IMG/VR virus record: IMGVR_UViG_3300020084_000003
Coordinates: 220,777 to 284,776 of that record
DNA: 64,000 nucleotides
Direction: 5' to 3' (one strand)
The translations under genes and the position numbers were made by a program. The notes under the pieces were generated by a model. The model had not been told where the DNA came from, searched no databases, and saw nothing but the letters and a program-made list of their open reading frames with translations. The first letter of the stretch is position 1; every line of letters begins with the position of its first letter. Shown piece by piece: positions 50,629 to 58,887 of the stretch.

Positions 50629-51026
50629 ACTATTGGTTGTGGAATTGGATCGCCTTTGTTGATTATTGCGAAACTTTTCTTTTCACCCTTAAAGTTATAG
50701 TAATAACATTTATATTTGTTTTCACCATCGTCTTCGACATAAACAAGAATTTTTCTTGGCGAACCAAGATCAAATTCACTGTGATATTCAAATTCTACCG
50801 GAAGTGGCTTATTCTCGACTTTTCTAATAGCTTCTTCTATTTCATGAATATACATTTTGAATATAGCCTGATATATACTATCATCAGTTATCATTTCCAG
50901 TTTAACTGGATCAATGATATCAACTTCACATTCAATAGACTTGTCTTCTGGTCCAGATATTTTTAATTTGTGACTTTCCTTATCCAGAACCATTTCATAA
51001 TTTTTACGCATTAATCTATATATCAT
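50625..51026 (-). CDS. hypothetical protein
   Basis: RBS GAGG. Confidence 0.55.
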   Translation of the reverse strand: MIYRLMRKNYEMVLDKESHKLKISGPEDKSIECEVDIIDPVKLEMITDDSIYQAIFKMYIHEIEEAIRKVENKPLPVEFEYHSEFDLGSPRKILVYVEDDGENKYKCYYYNFKGEKKSFAIINKGDPIPQPIV

Positions 51027-51044
51027 ATATAAAACCTCATTTAA

Positions 51045-51173
51045 TGGTGTCTAGGGTTGGACTTGAACCAACATCTACTCTAAAAGCCTTGCTGCTTTAT
51101 AATGGAGCGATACAACCATATTGTTTCAATGGTAGGGCTTACCTTTCGCCCAATTTTACGTATACACCCAGAC
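51045..51173 (-). ncRNA. 129-nt tRNA-like RNA with an expanded core
   Basis: Acceptor GTCTGGG/CCTAGAC-A-CCA and T arm GTTGG-TTCAAGT-CCAAC flank an oversized interior. Confidence 0.6.
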
Positions 51174-51203
51174 TTATTTAATGCACCCACTATACTGCAT
51201 GTC

Positions 51204-51737
51204 TCATAGGTTGTCAAGAAGTTTTTCAGGCTCTTTTTCAAGATCATCAAATTTATGATAAACTCCTTTTACATACATACCATCACATGAGCTAACTTTA
51301 TAAGACACAGATTTGACTTCTTTTCTAGTCATGTATTTAGGTTTACCGTAGACTTCGTAAACAAAATCATAAATCTCTTCGTCAGATGGTTTGTGGTCCC
51401 ATTCTCTTTTGTGATTGTGTGTCACTCTGAAAATTTCTCCAAAAATCTCCCAACCGCCACGACCGTCAAGAGGATTGAAGCCTTTCACATTAACGTCTAT
51501 AGCATATTTTACTTTTCTAAAAATACCACCACTCTTTTTGACACTAGATTTAAAGTCTTTAAAATAAACTTCATACCGACCACGTTCTATTTCATCCACT
51601 TTATCATTACTGGCTTTCATCCTGTCTGCCATGTCTTGGCAAACCTGTTTAAGCTCTTCTCTTTTTTTATCGTTTTTTGATTGTCTTTTATTTAATTTAG
51701 AATTTAGTCTTTGTAGTCTTTCTTCACTTAAACTCAT
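51204..51737 (-). CDS. hypothetical protein
   Basis: RBS GGAG. Confidence 0.6.
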   Translation of the reverse strand: MSLSEERLQRLNSKLNKRQSKNDKKREELKQVCQDMADRMKASNDKVDEIERGRYEVYFKDFKSSVKKSGGIFRKVKYAIDVNVKGFNPLDGRGGWEIFGEIFRVTHNHKREWDHKPSDEEIYDFVYEVYGKPKYMTRKEVKSVSYKVSSCDGMYVKGVYHKFDDLEKEPEKLLDNL

Positions 51738-51757
51738 GACATATCTCCAATATTATT

Positions 51758-51818
51758 TACAGGGTTATCTTGATTTTCAAATCCAAATTGAAATTGTTTA
51801 GTTGCGGAACTAACCCTT
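51758..51818 (-). ncRNA. CAGCAA-handle RNA copy G (CCGCAA variant)
   Basis: GGGTTA-GTTCCGCAA..TTGGA-TTTGAAA-ATCAA..TAACCC-TG. Confidence 0.65.
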
Positions 51819-51898
51819 ATTTTTGAACCCAACCAGTGCGCCGTAGCTGACTATAATGTTGGGGCGTCCCGCTATTAAGCTAGGACTTTTTTAATTAA

Positions 51899-51974
51899 TG
51901 GTGGGTAGGGAGAGAATCGAACTCTCATTTGTGGGACTTCAATCCACCGTGGGCACCAGCATCACCACCTACCC
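51899..51974 (-). tRNA. tRNA-Phe(GAA)
   Basis: GTGGA-TTGAAGT-CCCAC, A73, CCA. Confidence 0.85.
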
Positions 51975-52029
51975 ATTTAAAAAGAGGCTATAAAAGCCCC
52001 TTTCCAAATTTCTAAAATTTATTCTAGTA

Positions 52030-52698
52030 TTAGTTTCTAACTACAGCATTCAACTCTAGTTTTCCACAACTTCCCAAATCAACTGTCACTGGAACATGTT
52101 GACCATTTTCCAATTCACCACTGGCTTCGACTACAAAAATGTCAGTCAAATCAGTATCAATGATATGCTCTTGACCGGCAGCTAGAACATACTCTTGTTC
52201 TACCTCAGTATGGTCATTAACACCATGTGTAGTAGTTACAGTTGTGTCATTTGTAGCAACTTGTGCATTTGTTGCTTCTGTTTCATTATTACCATTTCCA
52301 AATATGTTTGCAAAGAAACCGCCTTCATCATCAGATGATGACTCACTTGAAACCCTTTTTATTCTACATTCTTCGTCACCATTATTTCTGATAATCAAGA
52401 CAGGTTCATTTTCATCCACAGCTTCATCAGTAATAACTGTAGGCTCTGTCACGGCAGTTCCAACTGTTCCTGTTGTATCAACAGGTCCACCACCCAATGT
52501 GGTAGTTGCATTTGCGTCTGCATTAGTATCAGTATTCATATTATCGGCAGAATTTACTTCATTTGTAGTATCAACATCTGTCGTTTCCATTTGTTGTTCT
52601 ACTGTATAATCGGGATTATTTGTAGTTGATGCATCTTGCGCTATAGCACTTGTGGTTAGCAGCAATGATGCTCCCATAGCTATCATAATCTTATTCAT
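52030..52698 (-). CDS. secreted/periplasmic acidic low-complexity protein
   Basis: Signal peptide MNKIMIAMGASLLLTTSAIA-QD; two Cys. Confidence 0.7.
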   Translation of the reverse strand: MNKIMIAMGASLLLTTSAIAQDASTTNNPDYTVEQQMETTDVDTTNEVNSADNMNTDTNADANATTTLGGGPVDTTGTVGTAVTEPTVITDEAVDENEPVLIIRNNGDEECRIKRVSSESSSDDEGGFFANIFGNGNNETEATNAQVATNDTTVTTTHGVNDHTEVEQEYVLAAGQEHIIDTDLTDIFVVEASGELENGQHVPVTVDLGSCGKLELNAVVRN

Positions 52699-52885
52699 CT
52701 AATTCTCCATTACTTTCTATATATCATCTTTTCTATGTTAGTCTTCATCGACTATAAGATAACACATACAAAGCAACAAAGTTCCTTATGTATTCAATTA
52801 TTTGGCCCTCGACTTCTTTTTAGAAACCGAGGGCCAGTGAAAACTAATCCTTGCGTCTTATAGCGCAGAGGGACTAGCCATATCC

Positions 52886-53488
52886 TTAGAATTTGTAGAT
52901 AGCGCGAACACCAACAGTTTCTACGTCAGCAGTAAAGCCTTCGGCACCTTCAAACACGTTCTGATTAAAACCAGAATTGCCTAGATCGGTGCGGCTGTAT
53001 TTACCACCAACAACTAGATTGTCGGTAACTGCATAGTCAATACCTACGCCATATGTTGAAGAATCTTCTCCGTCAACTTTGGCATATCCTGCGGAAATGT
53101 ATGGCAGGACGCGATTGAATGCGTAACCGGCTTGTGCTTCTGCGGTATAAGTCTCAGCACCACCACTTTCAAATAGGCTTTCAGTTTTTTGATAACCTAG
53201 CTCACCACCCAGAACAAAGTTGTTCTCGAATTGATGACGATAACCAGCTACAACACCATAGGTAGTTGCGGTATCATCGCGGCTCTCAAACTCAAAATCT
53301 TCTGCAAAATCTAGATCAACAGCGGTGCGGGCGACTGTGCCACCAACATATGCACCTGACCATGAAAATTGTGGTGCGGTCACAACGGCAACTGGTTCAA
53401 CTTCAACCACCGAAGAAGTGTATCCACCAGCGACAGCGCCGGTAGCTAGAAAAGCTGAAAGACCAGCAGCAATAACAAATTTGTTCAT
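52886..53488 (-). CDS. outer-membrane beta-barrel protein (Omp25/Omp31/RopB-like)
   Basis: Signal peptide, WSGAYVGG, GYRHQF..FVLGGE, PYISAGYA, C-terminal YKF. Confidence 0.85.
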   Translation of the reverse strand: MNKFVIAAGLSAFLATGAVAGGYTSSVVEVEPVAVVTAPQFSWSGAYVGGTVARTAVDLDFAEDFEFESRDDTATTYGVVAGYRHQFENNFVLGGELGYQKTESLFESGGAETYTAEAQAGYAFNRVLPYISAGYAKVDGEDSSTYGVGIDYAVTDNLVVGGKYSRTDLGNSGFNQNVFEGAEGFTADVETVGVRAIYKF

Positions 53489-53709
53489 ATTATAACCTCT
53501 TTATTGTTTACAAAAAAGATGACGAAACACGCCCCATTCGCTTCACGTCACCATTTATCATATGGGGAAATATAACTTGGCAGTCACACATGCATTCTTT
53601 TCATCTACCCGCCCTATGTCCTTTTATTTGACGCTGATAGATACCAAGTTTAGAAAGTCTCAATCATGTCTTACGGTTTCATCAACCCGCACGATCACTT
53701 AGTAAAACT

Positions 53710-53738
53710 CTTGTAGCATGGACAAGGTTCCCTGTCAA
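53710..53738 (-). promoter_or_regulatory. sigma70-type promoter of the OMP gene (about 210-nt leader)
   Basis: TTGACA-17 nt-TACAAG. Confidence 0.55.
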
Positions 53739-53749
53739 CAGCTAAATTT

Positions 53750-53824
53750 TGGTAGTGCTAGTAGGATTTGAACCTACGACATATCGGATATGAGCCGATT
53801 TTTCTACCCCTGAAATATAGCACC
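53750..53824 (-). tRNA. tRNA-Met(CAT)
   Basis: ATCGG-CTCATAT-CCGAT, CCA. Confidence 0.85.
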
Positions 53825-54367
53825 CTACTTATTCCTATTTTTATTTTTTAAAGTTTCTGAAATCTTTCTTTTGGTTTCTTCTGAAAGAATTCTTTTTGGT
53901 CTTTTCTTTGCCGAATCAGATAATTTTTGTCTATATTCATCTGATATGATCCCCCTTTTCCCTTTATTCCAAGGTTCAATTTCACCATTAGCAATTCTTC
54001 TTTTTAAGGTCTGATTTCTTCGCATCTTTGCGTTTTCATCATTCCTAATAAGTTCTTTAGTTTTCTCTGAATGTGTTTTACCTTTAAAATGTGGGCCACC
54101 CTCACCACCAACACCCAGATTGTATGTATCTTCTCTCAAACAGAAATCCTCTGTTATGAGTTTTTTCTCCATTAAGTTCATTTCTTCTTCATTATCAAAA
54201 ACAAATAAAACTTCTTTGGTGAAATTATTTTTACCATACTTCTTTATAGCATTAACAATCAATCTGCCTGAACCCATGTAAGAGTCATCGGGCTTCATGG
54301 TTTGATGTTTCCCAATATAAATTTTACCGTTAACATTGTTAGTTATTTTGTATATAGTATAGAACAA
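53825..54367 (-). CDS. GIY-YIG homing endonuclease (SegB-like; TTG/GTG start re-called)
   Basis: YTIYKITN..KIYIGKH..YMGSG; NUMOD3 motifs; the longer track ORF overlaps the upstream gene. Confidence 0.85.
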   Translation of the reverse strand: MFYTIYKITNNVNGKIYIGKHQTMKPDDSYMGSGRLIVNAIKKYGKNNFTKEVLFVFDNEEEMNLMEKKLITEDFCLREDTYNLGVGGEGGPHFKGKTHSEKTKELIRNDENAKMRRNQTLKRRIANGEIEPWNKGKRGIISDEYRQKLSDSAKKRPKRILSEETKRKISETLKNKNRNK

Positions 54368-54434
54368 TTGCACCTTCCTCTTATAGATAATATCTCTATT
54401 ATTTATAATCAGAGGAAGGTGCGTTAGACTACTT

Positions 54435-55025
54435 TCACCAATAGTCCCAGATTCGGGCTTTACCGTTTTTGTTATCTTGCCACACCATATCATCTGCGGC
54501 ATCAATGTCAAGCATGATCTTTTGGATGTTCTTTTTGTCAGAATTTCTACGGTCACGCTTGGCCGCGTTTTTAAAACCAGTGCTGCGACCTGTTTCAGAC
54601 ATTTTACCATCACGGCTCATGCTATCAAAGTAATCAGAATGTTCTTTGTAGTTTTCTTTAAAGAAGCGATCATAATCACCGTGAAATGGGACTTTACGAA
54701 TTTTACCCGGAAAATAACCGTATGGTTTTATTGGGTGGGCATAATAAAAATGAAACAGCCTGTCATTACCGTAGCTTGCCATCCATGTAGCACGATTCAT
54801 TTGATAATCGAAAAGCTGCTTATTATACTCTTTCATTTTAGCATCGTATTCGGCTTTTCTGGCTTTATATATTGCCTCATATTCGGCTTTAGGAATTTTT
54901 TCCCACACAAAACCATATTTTATGGCACGAGTAAAATCTCTATCAATCATTTTCTTGATATATTTTTCTTTGATGCCATTTTCGAACCAGTAAAGGCTCT
55001 TTTTGTTTCTATAGGTTTTACCCAA
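54435..55025 (-). CDS. hypothetical protein
   Basis: RBS AGGAGA. Confidence 0.6.
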   Translation of the reverse strand: MGKTYRNKKSLYWFENGIKEKYIKKMIDRDFTRAIKYGFVWEKIPKAEYEAIYKARKAEYDAKMKEYNKQLFDYQMNRATWMASYGNDRLFHFYYAHPIKPYGYFPGKIRKVPFHGDYDRFFKENYKEHSDYFDSMSRDGKMSETGRSTGFKNAAKRDRRNSDKKNIQKIMLDIDAADDMVWQDNKNGKARIWDYW

Positions 55026-55141
55026 TTTATTTCTCCTTCTAAGTTAATACCTTAGAAGTCGTCGTAAAATTTCCTTGTTCTAGTCAAGTTTAGTCTCCTT
55101 TAATGATGGGAGTGACGAAAAAACTCAATCTGTTGTCTTTC

Positions 55142-55228
55142 TTCTGGGTTACACCACATCATGCGGTTTAACGCCACTTTACCCCATTCCCTGATAATCG
55201 TTATATATTAGTTGCTGAACTAACCCTC
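55142..55228 (-). ncRNA. CAGCAA-handle RNA copy H
   Basis: GGGTTA-GTTCAGCAA..TGTGGTG-TAACCC-AGAA. Confidence 0.65.
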
Positions 55229-55340
55229 AATCCATATTCACAAGGTGTATCGTTATGGATGACGACCAATGATAGGAATTATCATTGTTAAAATTATGGC
55301 GTGAGGCGAAGACATTTGAATGTAAAAACTGCTGTTTTTT

Positions 55341-55432
55341 ATCTGGGTTACACCACAGAATTTACAATTCAAAGCTCCCTCACTATCGCTGGAAGTATCT
55401 TTCGATACGGCTTGGTTGCTGAATTAACCCTA
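55341..55432 (-). ncRNA. CAGCAA-handle RNA copy I
   Basis: GGGTTA-ATTCAGCAA..GTATC-GAAA-GATAC..GAA-TTGTAAA-TTC-TGTGGTG-TAACCC-AG. Confidence 0.65.
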
Positions 55433-55549
55433 ATCTTGTTCACAGAACAAGCACTGTATGACATAAATTATCATAAAAAAGCAACTTAATCCATTTGGCG
55501 ATCAACCCAAACTTCATGTTTCTATTAGGGGATCAATCCTATGAAGAAA

Positions 55550-55617
55550 CTGCCCTTGCGACTTGAACGCTATCTCGGCACGGTAGGCCGCGTCTTATCC
55601 GATTAGACCAGTATGCT
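55550..55617 (-). pseudogene. degenerate tRNA (loop CTACCGT)
   Basis: D arm GTCT..AGAC, CGGC/GCCG stem and TTCAAGT loop, but acceptor unpaired and no CCA. Confidence 0.4.
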
Positions 55618-55645
55618 ATAGTTGCTTGTTTATAACAATTGTTAA

Positions 55646-55721
55646 TGGCGGGAATGACGAGATTCGAACTCGCGTTGCACGGATCGACAATCCGGCGTAA
55701 TCACCACTATACCACATCCCC
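55646..55721 (-). tRNA. tRNA-Asp(GTC)
   Basis: CCGGA-TTGTCGA-TCCGT, G73, CCA. Confidence 0.92.
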
Positions 55722-55724
55722 ACA

Positions 55725-56270
55725 ATGAGTGTCAATACCGCGTCGTATTTATTTCATACGCCCGACTCCAATCGTCACCAAAAGGCTAGGTCGGAAGATA
55801 CACTCATTCAATAAAATGCCCATTACACGGTGATGAACCGTCATATGTCTGGTGATGGATAGTAAGCTTGCGGCGTTACTATTTGTTCCCATCAAGCCTC
55901 CCAGAAAGGTCAAACGTCAAGCATTTTATATTCGAATTTCTACGGTTTGTCGCAGACACCGAAAAACTGCTTCCGAATACCTAGACCCACAGCACAACCT
56001 GTGTAGTGTCATTTCACCGCATCAGCCATCGCGTATTCTTCTAAAAATGCGCCCCGTTCGCGTATCACTACCAACGAGTCTCAAGACTTACGGTCATAGA
56101 GCAACTTCTAGCATCAAGATAATCAATCTAATTATGGACATGCCCTTGCCCAGAGTAGGTTTTTATGGAACTCAACCTTTCACTTAAACCACCCGTATCT
56201 CACAACGGGAGGGCGGACAGTTTTAACTTCACTGACAAGTAAGTGAATAAAAGATTGATTAATTCCTCTA
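55725..56270 (-). ncRNA. candidate large structured ncRNA (about 540 nt)
   Basis: No credible ORF, many hairpins, lies between a promoter and tRNA-Asp. Confidence 0.5.
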
Positions 56271-56277
56271 TTCAAAT

Positions 56278-56335
56278 TGGTCGCATGGAATTGTCGGTAA
56301 TGAGCCGACACCTATAGGTTTTCTGCGCTCCATGC
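56278..56335 (-). ncRNA. T-armless tRNA-like RNA with CAU loop and CCA end
   Basis: GCATGGA/TCCATGC stem, GTCGG-CTCATTA-CCGAC, ends GACCA; promoter at 56344-56372. Confidence 0.6.
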
Positions 56336-56426
56336 TAAGGCCACTTATACACTTCCTAATATGACATGTCAAGTTAAAAGTTGTCTAGGAATTAAATTGT
56401 GTAAAAGCTTTGCCTATTCTTAAAAT

Positions 56427-56531
56427 TGGTATTTGGGGTAGGACTTGAACCTACTTCGCCGCAATGCGGTTTACCGAGTATGTTGCAACTCTGCATTTCC
56501 TGATACTAGCCTGAATAGCATCAGCCCAAAT
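56427..56531 (-). ncRNA. 105-nt atypical class-II tRNA-like RNA
   Basis: ATTTGGG/CCCAAAT-A-CCA, 7-bp D stem, GAGT-TGCAACAT-ACTC, variable arm, T arm. Confidence 0.6.
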
Positions 56532-56533
56532 TC

Positions 56534-56610
56534 TGGTTGCGGTGGGTTGGATTTGCACCAACGACCTCTGGCATATGAAACCAGCAAGCTAACTACTGCT
56601 CTACCCCGCA
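56534..56610 (-). tRNA. tRNA-fMet-like (CAT)
   Basis: TGCGGGG-TAGAGCAG 5' end, CTGGT-TTCATAT-GCCAG, T loop TGCAAAT, bulged acceptor; lacks the three G-C initiator pairs. Confidence 0.75.
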
Positions 56611-56616
56611 AAATCT

Positions 56617-56829
56617 TTATTGATAAAAATTTGAAGATTGCATAATGAATATGATATCTTTGTTCTTGAAGGCACTACCTGTCATTAACAATTCTATCGC
56701 ATTTTCATCTGTCAACCCAAACAATGTCTTCAATTTTTCTTTGTTTGGAAGTTCTTCAAACACGCCCCTAATGGCAAAGTATTCTCTGTTGTTAACGGCA
56801 GTTTCGTATAAAACCCAAACAAATCTCAT
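56617..56829 (-). CDS. hypothetical protein
   Basis: RBS AGGAG. Confidence 0.55.
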   Translation of the reverse strand: MRFVWVLYETAVNNREYFAIRGVFEELPNKEKLKTLFGLTDENAIELLMTGSAFKNKDIIFIMQSSNFYQ

Positions 56830-56849
56830 GATATGCTCCTTTAAAATTA

Positions 56850-57079
56850 ATATGATGGTGTGCTGCTACGCCAAAGATTCTAAGGGTCTATTATGACATT
56901 GCTACCTATCATGTCCAAACTTTCGGTAGGTTAAATCTGAGGCTTCGCCCTCAAATCGTATCATAATAACTGCACTTATCCTTCCCCTACACGCCTAATG
57001 TGAAAATAGGACTTTTCACACGTATCATGTTCATCACTCATTATAAGATGGCTGCTCTTAGGCCGACTTCCCAACATAT
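56850..57079 (-). ncRNA. 23S rRNA L11-binding/GTPase-centre mimic with a 175-nt insertion
   Basis: GGAAGTCGGCCTAAGAGCAGCCATC ... GCGTAGCAGCACAC, closed by ATATGTTGG/CCATCATAT. Confidence 0.75.
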
Positions 57080-57083
57080 ATTC

Positions 57084-57239
57084 TTACTTTGATATAAAAC
57101 GATAAGGTGGAATTAAACCAAAGAGTTTCCACGTTCAGATTACCGCATCAGTCGGGTCCGAACCTCTTCTTTACCCATTCACAACGCTGGAAATTCTGTG
57201 TGAGTTGCATACAATCAGCATCGTTTTATATCAAAGTAA
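57084..57239. repeat. 156-bp element with perfect 20-bp terminal inverted repeats
   Basis: TTACTTTGATATAAAACGAT (57084-57103) / ATCGTTTTATATCAAAGTAA (57220-57239). Confidence 0.8.
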
Positions 57240-57380
57240 ATTACCTTTTAACAATCTTCTCGATTGAAGTGGTTAACTGCACCGCAATCTATGATTCGCT
57301 TATACCATTTATATAATAATATTGATCCGTCGAACAATATTGACACAAACCGTCGAATGTGCTAGGTATTGATAATCATA

Positions 57381-57451
57381 TGCTCAATTGGATTCGAACC
57401 AATGTCTCCTACTTCTCACGTAGGCGCATTCTTCCAGTATGCGATCTTGCA
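57381..57451 (-). pseudogene. degenerate class I tRNA with GAG anticodon
   Basis: CCTAC-GTGAGAA-GTAGG, D and T arms present, acceptor mismatched, no CCA. Confidence 0.5.
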
Positions 57452-57471
57452 GAAGATTGATAAAAAGTAAT

Positions 57472-57557
57472 TGGAAGTCCCGGTCGGACTTGAACCGACA
57501 AACCGTTAGGCGCTGTCTTATGAGGACAGAGTGTTTAACCAATTCCACCACGGGACC
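57472..57557 (-). tRNA. class II (Leu-like body) tRNA with CAT anticodon, U73
   Basis: GTG-GAATTGGTTAAA-CAC, CTGTC-CTCATAA-GACAG, variable arm GCC-TAAC-GGT, CCA. Confidence 0.8.
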
Positions 57558-57563
57558 AAAGTA

Positions 57564-57629
57564 TTCAGGGTTAACTTTTTGCTAGTTTTTCCAAATAAAA
57601 ATGCATGATTTTTTGCTGAAATAACCCTT
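57564..57629 (-). ncRNA. CAGCAA-handle RNA copy J
   Basis: GGGTTA-TTTCAGCAA..ATGCAT..AGCAAAAAGT-TAACCC-TGAA. Confidence 0.7.
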
Positions 57630-57771
57630 TTAAGACATATCCAAGGAATTCCATTAATGCTGGCTCACATGCAAGATATGTCGTAAAAAGATTATATTGG
57701 TAGTTGACTTCTTCGTAAAGGTATGCTATAAATTGTGTATACGCATGTCAACCTAAAAATGAGGATACCAA

Positions 57772-58194
57772 ATGAAATACACTAGATGGACCAAAGAAAT
57801 GTTAGAACCAATTGTTGCATCTTCAATGTCTTATGCAGAATGTTTGCGTAAGATGGATAGAAAACCCGTAGGATCAAACTACAAAAACTTACAAAAGAAC
57901 ATCAAAAAGTTTGGACTAGATACATCACACATGCTTCACCAAGCTTGGAACTCTGGGAGAGAATTTAAAGCACTAGATGAATTGATAGGAACCACACAAA
58001 TAAAGAAAAGAATTGTTAAAGAGATGGGACATAAATGCTCTAGTTGTAATCTAACAGAATGGAAGGGAAAGCCCATACCTTTAGAATTAGAACACATAGA
58101 TGGCGATAACCAAAATAACTCTAGAGAAAATCTAACCTTATTATGTTGTAACTGTCATGCATTAACTCCAACTTGGCGCAGAAGGAATAAGTAA
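57772..58194 (+). CDS. HNH endonuclease
   Basis: CSSC..LELEHIDGDNQNNSRENLTLLCCNCH. Confidence 0.85.
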   Translation: MKYTRWTKEMLEPIVASSMSYAECLRKMDRKPVGSNYKNLQKNIKKFGLDTSHMLHQAWNSGREFKALDELIGTTQIKKRIVKEMGHKCSSCNLTEWKGKPIPLELEHIDGDNQNNSRENLTLLCCNCHALTPTWRRRNK

Positions 58195-58200
58195 TTAATT

Positions 58201-58276
58201 TGGTAGCCCCTGTCGGATTCGAACCGACACTGAAAGGTGTTTAAGACCTCTTCCTCTGCCTTTGGGATAAGGGGCC
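58201..58276 (-). tRNA. tRNA-Leu(TAA) with a class I body
   Basis: GAGGT-CTTAAAC-ACCTT, short variable loop, A73, CCA. Confidence 0.8.
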
Positions 58277-58336
58277 ATTCTGTAGTTCATATTCAAACAC
58301 TACACTATCGTAATGCCGTAGTCAAGCGAAAAGTTA

Positions 58337-58421
58337 TGGTGGGCATGGTCGGACTTGAACCGACAAGGATTTCTCCACTGGTTTCTAAGACCAGCGCGTT
58401 TACCAATTTCACCACACGCCC
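58337..58421 (-). tRNA. tRNA-Leu(TAG)
   Basis: Class II, CTGGT-CTTAGAA-ACCAG, CCA. Confidence 0.95.
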
Positions 58422-58602
58422 ATGTGGAGACAGAAATTCATGCAGGATCAATTGACTGTGCATGACACCGATTTCCCTTGCGGGCAGGAACTCTCTTTAT
58501 CCTCTTTTTTGCCTAAATCGCTTGCGTAACGCATTGGGGATTTTCGGCTCATTATGCAGGATTTCCACCTAACTGTCAACCATCATTTAAGGTTGTCAAA
58601 AC

Positions 58603-58673
58603 TGGCTGCTGTGGTAGGAATTAAACCTACATTAAACAATATTACCGACAACGTTGACTCGGCAAACACAGCA
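58603..58673 (-). ncRNA. anticodon-less tRNA-like RNA with CCA
   Basis: TGCTGTG/CACAGCA-G-CCA, long D-like arm TGCCGA/TCGGTA, T arm GTAGG-TTTAATT-CCTAC. Confidence 0.65.
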
Positions 58674-58680
58674 AAATATA

Positions 58681-58887
58681 TTACCATAAATCAGTATCAG
58701 TAATATCAATTTGAAAAACTCTAGTTGGTTTTTTGAACCCTGAAATAACTTCTCTGTAAAAATGTGCAAAGGTATCCGGTCCAATACCAGAACCGTTGGG
58801 TTCATCTTTAACGATAACTAGATTTGCTTCTGGATTTTCTTGAAAGGCTTTAGACAGCTTTTCAACTTGTTTTCTTGTTAAAAACAT
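58681..58887 (-). CDS. hypothetical protein
   Basis: Contains SGIG motif; coherent ORF. Confidence 0.55.
   Translation of the reverse strand: MFLTRKQVEKLSKAFQENPEANLVIVKDEPNGSGIGPDTFAHFYREVISGFKKPTRVFQIDITDTDLW

Noticed and set aside
54477-55055. 192-aa plus-strand ORF and the extended 5' part of track ORF 53825-54613
   Set aside because: Antisense to, or overlapping, the RBS-supported 54435-55025 gene; the GIY-YIG has its own RBS at about 54375
57120-57160. Hammerhead ribozyme (CTGATG..GAA)
   Set aside because: Core reads CUGAUGC and GAAC instead of CUGANGA and GAAA, and the stems do not close
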